A DNA stretch of 64,000 nt, taken from an uncultured virus (IMG/VR IMGVR_UViG_3300015608_001800) (taxonomy: Duplodnaviria > Heunggongvirae > Uroviricota > Caudoviricetes). The DNA lies in the IMG/VR virus record IMGVR_UViG_3300015608_001800, one strand, 5' to 3'. A model generated the notes under the pieces. The model was not told where the DNA came from. It ran no database searches and saw only the letters and a program-made list of their open reading frames with translations. A program made the position numbers and the translations under genes. Below, in pieces: positions 37,055-46,627 of the stretch; the first letter of the stretch is position 1; every line of letters begins with the position of its first letter.

Positions 37055-38001
37055 TATACTTTTTGTTTAATATTATCTAACCTCTTATGAGCCCATCTTT
37101 CCTTCCAATGGTTGACCAAAGTGTCAACACTTAAATCATATGGTTTAAGTTCTTTATCGACACCCTTTAAGAACTCGGATGTATTCTCACCTCTATCACA
37201 CCAATAAATCCCTCTACGATTACCGTGAGTTGTTAAGGTTCTAGCGTCGATTCCTAAATAATCACTTGCTTTCCTAATGATATTAATTCTTGAATTTTTA
37301 CCACTAGTAAATTGACCACCAGGTATTTCACCCTCCTCCTCTTCCACAACCAACCTCATCTGTTGATAAAGTCCTTCATCAATCTGAACAGTTCCCTGTC
37401 CTTGGGTTAAACCAAGATATTTGAAATGTTTAAGTCGGTTATATTGTACCCCTCTACCGTATAAAGAAGTTACTGTTAAACCAGCCAATTCATCATTATA
37501 TTTTCCCTTCCAATGGTTAGCTACAACATCAGAAGCGGCCAATAATGTTAATAATTTACCCCCACACATATTATAACCAAAATGTCTTGTTGGTACGCAA
37601 ACTGAAATGTTTGCGATATTACGATTCCTTAAAACCCTATCATTTTTATCCCAACCAATATGTCTATCTCTAGGTCCTAGAGCTAAAAAATCAGCAGCTA
37701 TATCCAAAATACCTAAATTCTTTTCATCGTAAGCATTCTTAACTAAGAAATAATTGTTACGACCTGGACTTCGTCTAAACGGAAAAGAAGATACGTGTTC
37801 TTCAATACTTTTCCATTCTCTCCATAATTTACTTGTAGAATCAACAGGTATTAAAATCGGTTGAATGTTGTTTGGGTCTTCAACCACACTCTCACCAATC
37901 CATATAGGATCATACTTTTTAACCTGTCTATCTTTCTGTTCTTCTTGACTTAAAAACTTAAAGTTTAACAAGTCGTGTTTAAGTTGTTCTCTATTTACCA
38001 T
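37054..38001 (-). CDS. DUF4338/DruA-like protein
   Basis: PGR...FLV, LGPRDRHIGW, FGYNMCGGKLL.LLA.S, TSLYG...QYNRL. Confidence 0.7.
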   Translation of the reverse strand: MVNREQLKHDLLNFKFLSQEEQKDRQVKKYDPIWIGESVVEDPNNIQPILIPVDSTSKLWREWKSIEEHVSSFPFRRSPGRNNYFLVKNAYDEKNLGILDIAADFLALGPRDRHIGWDKNDRVLRNRNIANISVCVPTRHFGYNMCGGKLLTLLAASDVVANHWKGKYNDELAGLTVTSLYGRGVQYNRLKHFKYLGLTQGQGTVQIDEGLYQQMRLVVEEEEGEIPGGQFTSGKNSRINIIRKASDYLGIDARTLTTHGNRRGIYWCDRGENTSEFLKGVDKELKPYDLSVDTLVNHWKERWAHKRLDNIKQKV

Positions 38002-38647
38002 TTAAAAAATTATGTGGTTTTAAAAATTTAGTTAACCAATTTTCTTTCAATCCTCTTATTGGGAATCCGTGGCCCGTCATAAAGTCCACCCAACTATCTA
38101 AAACTTCTCGTCTAATATAAGCATCAAAACCGTATTGTTCTTGAATTCTACTCTCTGTCCAAGGATTATGAAAATGAATTGTATGGTTATTATCTCGACA
38201 CCATTCAATTAACCTTAGAGTCACATCCGTATTACCGTTTGGTGTTGTACAATAATAAGCATTTAGAGGTAACCCATAGTAAGATGGGTATCTGTAAGCT
38301 GTTGAATCAAAGAAATCAGAAGGAAAATAGCCAAACTCATCTAAAAACCAAAAATCGGGATCCATTTGACCTCTATTTAATTTAAGTGAATGACGTAAAC
38401 TAATTCTAGACATGTAGACGTTATCTACCATTCTATAAATTAGTTCATCAGGCCACTCTAAACCGTATTCTAAAGAACAATTTAAGGCAAGTTTTTCCCT
38501 AATCATTCTTTGAATATTTTTTGTACAACCAGTGTGAAGTCCAACAACAGCTATCTTGTGCTCGGTATTGTTACGTAAATAATCTACCGCGGCATTGACA
38601 AGTCTTGTTGTTTTACCTGATTGTCGTGGAGAAATTTCTACATACAT
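37991..38647 (-). CDS. Terminase large-subunit ATPase-like domain (no nuclease domain)
   Basis: PRQSGKTT, RG...WFLDEFGYFP, TTPNG. Confidence 0.65.
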   Translation of the reverse strand: MYVEISPRQSGKTTRLVNAAVDYLRNNTEHKIAVVGLHTGCTKNIQRMIREKLALNCSLEYGLEWPDELIYRMVDNVYMSRISLRHSLKLNRGQMDPDFWFLDEFGYFPSDFFDSTAYRYPSYYGLPLNAYYCTTPNGNTDVTLRLIEWCRDNNHTIHFHNPWTESRIQEQYGFDAYIRREVLDSWVDFMTGHGFPIRGLKENWLTKFLKPHNFLNGK

Positions 38648-38686
38648 GAAATTACTTTGTTACTGCATCACTTATTATCTTCGCTT

Positions 38687-39103
38687 TTAAGTTGAAATAA
38701 CAACTTTGTTACGAGCTAAAATTCCTCCAAAATCCTCTTCGGTAACGTGTTCCCCCATTTTTCTTAAGTTAGAATTAGCTTTGTCCCAAGCTTGATAAAG
38801 GTCCATTGGGAAATCTTTTGATTCTTTAATCATATCCTCAAGAGCCTTTTCTCTTAATTCTTGAATTTCTTTCAATGCATCAGCAAGACTTTTATTCTTT
38901 TTAAACAACTCATTTTTGTAAGCTCTAAGTTTATCATTCTCTTCGATTCTGTTCATTAATTTCAAAGAGTGAGTTAAGAAATCTTGATTAGCTTTTTCAA
39001 CATTTTTTACCACTTGTTTTTGTGTTTCTACAACCACTTCGGTTGTTTGGTCCATTAAGTCTGCTACAGCTCTTAATAGATTTGATACTTTTTTGTTATC
39101 CAT
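38687..39103 (-). CDS. Hypothetical coiled-coil protein
   Basis: ORF in operon. Confidence 0.6.
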   Translation of the reverse strand: MDNKKVSNLLRAVADLMDQTTEVVVETQKQVVKNVEKANQDFLTHSLKLMNRIEENDKLRAYKNELFKKNKSLADALKEIQELREKALEDMIKESKDFPMDLYQAWDKANSNLRKMGEHVTEEDFGGILARNKVVIST

Positions 39104-39389
39104 TTTTTATGAATTTATGTTTTGTTATTCTTTTTTTAATATTAAACTCAGGGTATAAAATTTCCTGAATTTCAGGCCTTTGTACCCATCTTGGCCAAAA
39201 ATCTTCATCTGTTAGTGTGACATCATACCTCAAATTAATAGTCCCACAAGTTTCACATATATGGTTTTTACAATCATGTTTAAACATCTTTATTCTGAAA
39301 ATTTTGTAGTAAATAAATTCTACAACCTTTCCGAGGTATCCAACGTTTTCACCACATTTTTGACAACAATATGAAGGATGCTTTCTCAT
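39096..39389 (-). CDS. Small Zn-finger protein
   Basis: CQKCG, HDC, CETCG. Confidence 0.55.
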   Translation of the reverse strand: MRKHPSYCCQKCGENVGYLGKVVEFIYYKIFRIKMFKHDCKNHICETCGTINLRYDVTLTDEDFWPRWVQRPEIQEILYPEFNIKKRITKHKFIKNG

Positions 39390-39505
39390 TATCTTACCAT
39401 ATCAACATTACCAGACTCAATTCTCTCTAACGTGTAGATTTCTAAGTCGTTTCTTAATCTACCTTCATTCTTTAATGTCTCATAACGATTTTGAGCCTTA
39501 TTCTT
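39389..39505 (-). pseudogene. Relic original C-terminus of the 40260-41408 gene
   Basis: KNKAQNRYETLKNEGRLRNDLEIYTLERIESGNVDMVR* versus KNKANQRFLTLKRENRLKTELEIYTLDTINNKNIDMIR*. Confidence 0.88.
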
Positions 39506-39550
39506 TATTAACATATTTATAATAAATAAACATAATTTTAATTATAGTAA

Positions 39551-40267
39551 ATGAGAAAAGGTAATACGACTTCTTTTATAGAAAAATCTAAAAAAATACA
39601 CGGTAATAAATATGATTACTCTAAAGTTAACTACTTAAGTTATTACGAAAAAGTAGATATTATTTGCTATAAACACGGGTTGTTTAAACAAAGAGTCTGT
39701 GATCACATCAAAGGCCAAAATTGTCCTGAATGTAGTAAATTAGAAATGATTAATAAATTATCACATAATAATGAAATTTTTATAAATAAAGCTAAAAAAA
39801 TACATGGTGATAACTATGATTACACATTGGTTGATTATAAAAATGCTTATACACATGTACTAATAAAATGTAAATTACATGGTGAATTCAAACAAAAACC
39901 CTCAAACCATTTAAACAACAAACAGGGTTGCCCATATTGTAACACACCTAAAATGGAAAAATTTGTCGAGTATTTTTTAAAAACAAATAATATACCTTAT
40001 ATACAACAAAAAACATTCAATGGTTGTAAATATAAAAGAAAATTAAAATTCGATTTTTACTTACCAAATCACAATACTTGTATTGAATGTGACGGTGAAC
40101 AGCATTATAGAATTAGAGATTTTAATGGTGGTTTAGAAGGTTTTAAGTATACACAAATACGTGATGATATTAAAAATAATTATTGTTTAACACATGATAT
40201 TAAATTAATTAGAATTAAATACAATGAAAATATAGTGGATAGACTAAAACCTATTTTAACTACCTAA
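39551..40267 (+). CDS. Vsr/DUF559-like PD-(D/E)xK homing endonuclease with Zn-ribbon repeats
   Basis: HG.KYDYS.V.Y repeats, FDFYLP...IECDGEQHY...D..KN.YC...LIRI.Y. Confidence 0.85.
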   Translation: MRKGNTTSFIEKSKKIHGNKYDYSKVNYLSYYEKVDIICYKHGLFKQRVCDHIKGQNCPECSKLEMINKLSHNNEIFINKAKKIHGDNYDYTLVDYKNAYTHVLIKCKLHGEFKQKPSNHLNNKQGCPYCNTPKMEKFVEYFLKTNNIPYIQQKTFNGCKYKRKLKFDFYLPNHNTCIECDGEQHYRIRDFNGGLEGFKYTQIRDDIKNNYCLTHDIKLIRIKYNENIVDRLKPILTT

Positions 40268-41408
40268 TCATATCTATATTTTTATTATTTATCGTATCTA
40301 AGGTATAAATTTCTAATTCAGTCTTTAACCTATTTTCACGTTTTAATGTTAAAAATCTTTGATTTGCCTTATTCTTCCACCAATCAATCATATGAGTTAA
40401 ATGGTATCTATCCCAATTATCTCTCTTAACTAAAGGAACTTTACCATCACTAGCAATATATTGTGGTACGTTATCATAACCGTAGTTACAATAATAGTAT
40501 CTCTTTTTAGTTTTAGCCTTCATATGGGTCTTAGTGAATTCACTAAATTCTTTAAACTTCAAAGGGTTTTGTACCTTTAAATGGTTTTTAAGGATAGAAA
40601 CCATTTTATTGAATTCTCTCATTTTAGGACCAGAAGGACCTGGGTCTACCATAGAGCCACCCCATTCAGGTTTACCATAATGTGGTCTTAAGGCATCTCT
40701 AACAGCCATAAAAACATCATCATTAGGGAATAAGAATAAATCAGATTCAGTCATACTACCATATCTCATAAACGGTTTAAGACCGTCATATTGACTCACA
40801 CCTTTAATATCACCATAAAGTGAGGTTGTCTCCATAAAGACAGTATCAATACGGTCACCGTATTTATCTTTTAACATTTGACGTGCCTCATGTGAACAAC
40901 ATATTAAAGCTAACAATTTACCACCCAAGTAGTTATACCCAAATGGTTGAACGGGAACGATAATCGCTCCATTAATCATGTATTTATTAACTTCGTTTGC
41001 TGTAATTTTTAAACCTTGGAATAGGTCGTTACGGGGTTTAATTGATAAAACGGGTGAAGCTAGACGAATAAAACCAACATATTTGTTAGTTGTTGTTTCT
41101 TTAACCCCAATCATAATTTGTCTACCAATTTGGGATTCTAAGGGTAGGGATGTAATAATTTGTGTTGCTGGATTGAATAATTTACCCTCAATAATTTCAA
41201 TCTCAAACTTCATATCCTTTGGTTCAACACCATAGTCATCGAACATTAGTTTAGTGTATTTATCGTGGTCAACACCCACTACTTTTTCTTTCTTTCTTTC
41301 AAGGAAATAATCCTGAATTGTGTCTAATCCTTCATAAAAACCCATCAACCTATTTGTTAAATCAAGGGTTTCTTCGGGTGTTAATTTTGTATCGAAAACT
41401 TCTGCCAT
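40260..41408 (-). CDS. DUF4338/DruA-like protein (second paralogue)
   Basis: IVPVQPFGYNYLGGKLLALICCSH, ETTSLYG, SQYDGLKP; start MAEVF. Confidence 0.7.
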   Translation of the reverse strand: MAEVFDTKLTPEETLDLTNRLMGFYEGLDTIQDYFLERKKEKVVGVDHDKYTKLMFDDYGVEPKDMKFEIEIIEGKLFNPATQIITSLPLESQIGRQIMIGVKETTTNKYVGFIRLASPVLSIKPRNDLFQGLKITANEVNKYMINGAIIVPVQPFGYNYLGGKLLALICCSHEARQMLKDKYGDRIDTVFMETTSLYGDIKGVSQYDGLKPFMRYGSMTESDLFLFPNDDVFMAVRDALRPHYGKPEWGGSMVDPGPSGPKMREFNKMVSILKNHLKVQNPLKFKEFSEFTKTHMKAKTKKRYYYCNYGYDNVPQYIASDGKVPLVKRDNWDRYHLTHMIDWWKNKANQRFLTLKRENRLKTELEIYTLDTINNKNIDMIR

Positions 41409-41409
41409 T

Positions 41410-41440
41410 TTTGCCAATTTAAATATTATTATTATCTTTG
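41410..41440 (+). promoter_or_regulatory. Bacteroidetes primary-sigma promoter
   Basis: TTTG-N19-TATCTTTG. Confidence 0.7.
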
Positions 41441-41470
41441 TAATGTTAATCAAAAAAGGTCAATCAGTAA

Positions 41471-42028
41471 ATGGGACAATCAAGAAATAAAACAGGTGTG
41501 GACTTCGAAAAGATGATTTGTGAAACCAAGGGTTGGTCCCACACTCCGGCATCACCTAAAATTATATGGACGGGTGTTGGTCGTACCAATTTCGATAAGA
41601 TTGCCTCTGTTGGATTTGATGCTAGTAAATTTTTACCCACTTCTGAATCTACTTTTGAAAAGTTTGACACTATTACCCCTAATGGTGAGAAGGTTGAACT
41701 TAAGAAATATAAAACCTCTAAAGCTAAAAAATGGACTGCTTATTCAGAGCCCATTTTTAAAGTAGCTTCAAAAAATATGGTTGAACATGTTACCTTACTT
41801 TTCGGTAAAGGTAATTTATCTTTAGCTCAAACAAATTACAATAAATTTGTTTCAGATATGTTCAACTACGTTGGTCAGGATATCTTAGACAATATCACCC
41901 GTTCTAATATTGGTATTCAATTAGAAGATGGTTTCGTACCACAATCTAACTTGGAATACCGTTGGAGAATTAAAAAGGGTTGGAAGGGTTTTAACCGTCT
42001 TTCTATTGAATTCCGTATCAAAGATTAA
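41471..42028 (+). CDS. Putative PD-(D/E)xK nuclease
   Basis: G..FE, FD......VELK. Confidence 0.5.
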   Translation: MGQSRNKTGVDFEKMICETKGWSHTPASPKIIWTGVGRTNFDKIASVGFDASKFLPTSESTFEKFDTITPNGEKVELKKYKTSKAKKWTAYSEPIFKVASKNMVEHVTLLFGKGNLSLAQTNYNKFVSDMFNYVGQDILDNITRSNIGIQLEDGFVPQSNLEYRWRIKKGWKGFNRLSIEFRIKD

Positions 42029-42336
42029 TTAATTAATGAATTAATTCTCTGTGTGTAAGCCTGTGCTTGTTGTAATCCAACCATTTTATCTACAACAACA
42101 CCGTTTTTATAAAATACTACTGTAGGTACACCTCTAATACCATCTTTAATAGCTAAATCTGAGTGGACATCAATATTAACTTCACCAGCATTAATGTTTG
42201 GGAAATCGTTTAATACACCATCAAGAATTGGTGATAGGACGCGACATGGACCGCACCACGTTCCAAAGTATTTAATAACACTAAGTTTATCTGAATTTAT
42301 CATTTCTTGATACTCGATTTCATTTATGTTTTTCAT
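42025..42336 (-). CDS. trxA: Thioredoxin
   Basis: WCGPC, IRGVPT. Confidence 0.92.
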   Translation of the reverse strand: MKNINEIEYQEMINSDKLSVIKYFGTWCGPCRVLSPILDGVLNDFPNINAGEVNIDVHSDLAIKDGIRGVPTVVFYKNGVVVDKMVGLQQAQAYTQRINSLIN

Positions 42337-42339
42337 ATT

Positions 42340-42689
42340 CTATTTTATATCTATTTTTTATTTTAAATTTACTCATTTTTAATTTTTCGATAGCTTCAGA
42401 CCAACAATCATATTTTTTATTATCTATGATTATGGTTTTAGAAAAAGGGTTATTACCACATTTCGCTGAACCATTTTTTTTCTAACCTCACCTAGTTCTT
42501 TTTGTTTCCTAGTTCTTTCAACTCTTTCTTTACAATTGTAAAAGAACGCTATCAGAATAATAAAAAATTAAAATTTTATCGTCCAGGTATTGTGTGACTG
42601 TTAACATAACTTACCGTAGAATAGTCATACTTATCACCATGTATATCTTTTGATTTTAATATAAAAGAATCTGTTGTAAGTTTTTTCAT
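42340..42689 (-). pseudogene. Decayed homing endonuclease
   Basis: MKKLTTDSFILKSKDIHGDKYDYSTVSY...* (42576-42689) homologous to N-terminus of 39551 gene; downstream NUMOD-like scraps. Confidence 0.7.
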
Positions 42690-42702
42690 ATATGCATAAA
42701 TA

Positions 42703-43455
42703 TCACTTACCATTATTAAGTTCATACCAATGGTCAAGAACTTTCTTAGCTTCAAGTCCCATGTATGGAATTGGTATTAATTGAAATTTATTGGTGTCAG
42801 GATTGAGATAAAATACTCCAAGTCTACCCACCTTTTTCTTGGTTTCTAATTGGTAGAGGTAAGCGTATATCGATAACTGTAAAGCATAAATATTATACTG
42901 ACAGTCAGAAAGATGAGAAACTGGGGCATTTAACCAATGATTATATTCTGATATAAATCTAAACTTTTTGTTAGTTTTCCAATCCCAAACGTTAAAATAG
43001 TCACCACAATCTTCAATTATATCGGCAGTACCAGCTAATTTATGTTTTTCAGAAAAGAGTATGGTTTCAGGATATATAGTTCCCACGGTCATGGGATCAA
43101 TCTCTTGGAACTTGGATATTAGTTCTCTCTCATAGTCGTCTTTAGGGAAATAAATTTTATTGGCTAAAAGATATCTTTCCATTATTTCATGGATTTCAGT
43201 ACCATATTCGTTAGCCTCATCATTAATACGTTTCCATTCAGCCAATATCTCAGCTTGAGACATGTTCTGATATTGTTCCTTCTTTTTGGAAGGGTCTTGC
43301 ATAGAAATAGCTAGGGCAATCTCTTCTGAGTTAAACTCAGGTTCCAACATACCCAATACGGTGGTTACCGATTTAAATTTTTCCTTTGTGAACTTATGAA
43401 TATAAACGTGTTCAATAGGTTCTAGGAAAACTACACTATCTCTCTTTTTTGCCAT
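42703..43455 (-). CDS. PD-(D/E)xK (Cas4/RecB-like) exonuclease
   Basis: SVTT, GT.IH, AGTADI, DWKT, YALQLSIY. Confidence 0.85.
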   Translation of the reverse strand: MAKKRDSVVFLEPIEHVYIHKFTKEKFKSVTTVLGMLEPEFNSEEIALAISMQDPSKKKEQYQNMSQAEILAEWKRINDEANEYGTEIHEIMERYLLANKIYFPKDDYERELISKFQEIDPMTVGTIYPETILFSEKHKLAGTADIIEDCGDYFNVWDWKTNKKFRFISEYNHWLNAPVSHLSDCQYNIYALQLSIYAYLYQLETKKKVGRLGVFYLNPDTNKFQLIPIPYMGLEAKKVLDHWYELNNGK

Positions 43456-43736
43456 TATCTACTAATTGATTTTAACATACGGGACATTCTTTCCATATGT
43501 CTTCTTCTTTCTTCCTCTTCTAATAATTCTTTTTGTTTCCTAAGTTCTTCTTCTTCATTGAATTTGAATACTTTGAAATCGGTGAAAGATGCACGTGCGG
43601 ACAACAACTTCTTCATTTCATTTATTTCTCGTGTCAAAGTATTAACAACATCTTTTAATTCATTAATTTCTTCTTCCAACCTATCTTTTTCATGATAATA
43701 AGGTGGATTTGTGTAGTGATAACTAGCCATTCCCAT
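43455..43736 (-). CDS. Hypothetical protein
   Basis: Coupled ORF. Confidence 0.55.
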   Translation of the reverse strand: MGMASYHYTNPPYYHEKDRLEEEINELKDVVNTLTREINEMKKLLSARASFTDFKVFKFNEEEELRKQKELLEEEERRRHMERMSRMLKSISR

Positions 43737-43938
43737 ATAAATTTGTTTCTTTTATTAATCTATCCAATATTTTAGGTTCTTCTGTTTCTTTAATAATATC
43801 ACAAACTTTAGATGAAAAATCATCTTCAGTTATAAGAGCATCGGGTTTTTTAATTAACTTAATTAAAGATTCTAAACCATCTTCTCTAACTACATCTCTT
43901 ATTATTTTTTCATTAATATATCTTTTATTGAATCCCAT
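43723..43938 (-). CDS. Hypothetical protein (MGFNKRYI)
   Basis: Coupled ORF. Confidence 0.6.
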   Translation of the reverse strand: MGFNKRYINEKIIRDVVREDGLESLIKLIKKPDALITEDDFSSKVCDIIKETEEPKILDRLIKETNLYGNG

Positions 43939-43993
43939 TATATCGAACTTTCTTTTTCATAATTTTAGATATTTATAATAAAATAGTAAAATT

Positions 43994-44188
43994 ATGTCAA
44001 AAAAGAAAGCTGATATGTCACAAGATGAGATATTAAAAAAAAGTCTTAGTGATAAAAAATATCGTGAAACTAATAGAGAAAAAATAAATACTAAAATGAA
44101 AATGTGGTATAAAATTAATAAAGAAAAAATAAAAGAAAAACCCCTTTGTAGTTACACCAATAGATATGTTAAAAAGAATAAGTTTTAA
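43994..44188 (+). pseudogene. Internally deleted HNH endonuclease
   Basis: Basic N-terminus fused directly to terminal PLCSYTNRYVKK, cf. relic at 13193-13297. Confidence 0.65.
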
Positions 44189-45159
44189 ATAGAACTTTCT
44201 TTTAATTTAAAACTAGATTTTAATACATCTACAACACCTTCACGTCCGAAATCCTCGTTAACTTTTGAAATGTCATATCCGTCTTTCATCTTTATTATTT
44301 TTACTTTACCGTATAATCTACCAACATTTAATTGTGTATAGATTTGTTTAGCCCTAGTCCACGCATCGTCATCTAATAACACAACAACCCAACTATTGGC
44401 GTTCTTCATAATTAAATCATATAACTTTGGATGTAAATCCTTACCTAACATTGGGATTGAATTATAAACAACAATGTGGTCAAAAGGACCTTCAACTATA
44501 TAAACAGTCGAGTCCCAATTAATAAGTTGTTCGTTGAAAATAACTTGTTCTCTAGGTAAGTCAGGGTTTTTATATTTTGGTTTCTTTCGTGATAACCACG
44601 TTCTACCTGTGAAGTAGTTTAATTTACCCTCTTTATCGTATGAAGGTACTATAATTCTATAACCGTACTCACCAGAAGTGGTAAACCCCATTTTAAACTT
44701 ATAGATAATATCGGGTGTTAAATTTCTCTCTTTGGTAAGGTAATTCCAAGCCTCTTTATATTGAATACTGTTGGGGTTGGAATCTTTAAAGGATTGATAC
44801 TCTTCAGGTAATTGTATCTCCCTAACTTCTTGAATTACTTTCTTCCCTGTTTTAATTTCTTCTAAAACAATACCTAATTGTTTCAGTTTTTTACGATGTT
44901 CTTTTCTACCAAACTTTGTGATTAATTTACCGATAGAACCGTGGGTTTGGTGAGTACCGCCACAAGCCCAACAATGGTAAACACCTTTATTTAGGTTAAC
45001 CTCAAAGTTACCTTTACCATCACCCTCTGGTGTGTCATTTTCAACCGAACAAACGGGACAATCAAACGCAAATTGAGACTTTGTACGGTTCTCCTTTCTT
45101 GGATTCCCTAAAATTTCAATTATAATATCTAAGAGTAAATTAGATTCAATTTGTCCCAT
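44185..45159 (-). CDS. dnaG: DNA primase (Zn finger + TOPRIM)
   Basis: CPVC...HCWAC, KYKNP, VEGPFD, LDDDA. Confidence 0.88.
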   Translation of the reverse strand: MGQIESNLLLDIIIEILGNPRKENRTKSQFAFDCPVCSVENDTPEGDGKGNFEVNLNKGVYHCWACGGTHQTHGSIGKLITKFGRKEHRKKLKQLGIVLEEIKTGKKVIQEVREIQLPEEYQSFKDSNPNSIQYKEAWNYLTKERNLTPDIIYKFKMGFTTSGEYGYRIIVPSYDKEGKLNYFTGRTWLSRKKPKYKNPDLPREQVIFNEQLINWDSTVYIVEGPFDHIVVYNSIPMLGKDLHPKLYDLIMKNANSWVVVLLDDDAWTRAKQIYTQLNVGRLYGKVKIIKMKDGYDISKVNEDFGREGVVDVLKSSFKLKESSI

Positions 45160-45218
45160 AGAGAAAATATAAGAAAAAGATATTAGTTAGTAAATTACTT
45201 GGTTATTCAATATATTTA

Positions 45219-45959
45219 TTGTATATGGAATACAAGAAAATAATTAAGAATATGTTGATGGAGGATAACGATTTTTATAGTTATTACCAAGAAGGGTATA
45301 ATACTTATACTTATAGTCCTTATACTAAACTTCGTTCTAAACATCTAACCAATCCCAAGTATATGGAGATTGCTGAAAAAAATGTTACAAGTGGTAAGAA
45401 TTTAGTGATTCACCCTGATGATAGAACTACAGATTTTCTTGACCCTTCTTACGCTGACCTTGACGCAAGAGTTATGACAACTCAAAAAGAAATGTTTAAT
45501 CTTAGAGAAAACATGAGACAATATGATAGAATTATCATGATGGGTCACGGTTCACCAATGGGTTTAATGATGCCTAAAATTACTTTAAATGGTGTTGATT
45601 TAATCGACGGTGAATTACACAAATATAGTCTACACAGTCTTAACAGTAGTTTTGTTGACATTCTAAAAACAAAACCTATTGTCGCTGTTTGGTGTAATGC
45701 TGACCAATTTGTTCTTAAACATGATTTACATGGTTTCTATACAGGAATGGTAATCTCTGAAATGTGTGAGGCTAACTACTGTAATGTTCACAAATGTAAC
45801 ACGAAGGATTTGGAAGAATCGAATAGATTATTTACTGAGGCTTTAAGAGCGGCAATAAAAATTCAATCACCAGAAGCGGTTAAAGTATTTAAAGAAATTT
45901 ACAATAATCCTAAGAATGAAATTATGAATTATAATAGACAAAGAATCTATTATAGATAA
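45219..45959 (+). CDS. Hypothetical protein
   Basis: ORF after ATATTTAT; GHG...WC motif pair. Confidence 0.6.
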   Translation: MYMEYKKIIKNMLMEDNDFYSYYQEGYNTYTYSPYTKLRSKHLTNPKYMEIAEKNVTSGKNLVIHPDDRTTDFLDPSYADLDARVMTTQKEMFNLRENMRQYDRIIMMGHGSPMGLMMPKITLNGVDLIDGELHKYSLHSLNSSFVDILKTKPIVAVWCNADQFVLKHDLHGFYTGMVISEMCEANYCNVHKCNTKDLEESNRLFTEALRAAIKIQSPEAVKVFKEIYNNPKNEIMNYNRQRIYYR

Positions 45960-45987
45960 AAAAAAAGGGACTTAAGTCCCTTTTTTT
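45958..45987. terminator. Bidirectional intrinsic terminator
   Basis: A-run GGGACT/AGTCCC T-run between convergent genes. Confidence 0.75.
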
Positions 45988-46627
45988 ATTTCCAATAACC
46001 TTCTTTTCTCATAAACCCTAGAACAGCTGTATAAGCGTCGGTCATATCAAAATTTTCCTTTTTAAGAAGATTGTGTTTGTTATATTCCCAAACAATTTGT
46101 GGTTCACGGTCTGCAACTAAATCCCAAATGATTTGTTTCTTATCAACATCCCAAGGGTGTCCACCAAATAAAACAGGTTTCTTCTTACTTAATTCTTTTT
46201 CGTTGTAAGGTACACCTTTTTTATCGTGAGTTCTGATTGCCATTAATTGTGGGAAAGCATAAGCACGAGAATCATATGAAGATATGAATTCTGGTGTTAC
46301 ACCTAAAACCTCACTAACGATTTTTGAAATCATCCCGTTGAATTTAAGAAGTGTTCCAACGGTATAAACATTATTACTATTGAGTAGTGGTTCTTCAATT
46401 ACAACTTTCTCAATATCGAGTTCGATGTATCTTGTTAAAAGCTTCTCAAATGCATCAACTTTCTTAAAAAGTTCTTCCAATTTGTTCTCAGGTAATGGTT
46501 TAATTTTTGGTGTAATATGTGTTAATTCCAATAATTTACCATCTTCTTCAAACAGTGCCATACCAATCGTTTTGGTACTCACATCAAGTCCCATAATACG
46601 GCTTTTTATTTTTTCTTCTTTTTCCAT
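45986..46627 (-). CDS. RuvC-like Holliday junction resolvase
   Basis: GLDVSTKTIG, VIEEP, DMTDA. Confidence 0.75.
   Translation of the reverse strand: MEKEEKIKSRIMGLDVSTKTIGMALFEEDGKLLELTHITPKIKPLPENKLEELFKKVDAFEKLLTRYIELDIEKVVIEEPLLNSNNVYTVGTLLKFNGMISKIVSEVLGVTPEFISSYDSRAYAFPQLMAIRTHDKKGVPYNEKELSKKKPVLFGGHPWDVDKKQIIWDLVADREPQIVWEYNKHNLLKKENFDMTDAYTAVLGFMRKEGYWK

Noticed and set aside
37991..38647. The phage's real terminase large subunit
   Set aside because: Only 218 aa, no nuclease domain, and no portal or head gene context.
39389..39505. Duplicated gene ends as simple assembly duplications
   Set aside because: Copies are strongly diverged in nucleotide sequence yet conserved in protein, and consistently bracket endonucleases; read-level confirmation is still advisable.
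37054..41408. Complete Druantia defence system
   Set aside because: Only DruA-like genes are present; no large helicase or other dru genes in the window.
42690..42713. ATGGTAAGTGA as relic thioredoxin start upstream of the decayed endonuclease
   Set aside because: Too short and dissimilar to support; not counted among replacement cases.
42703..43455. cas4 of a CRISPR system
   Set aside because: No array or other cas genes; typical stand-alone phage exonuclease.
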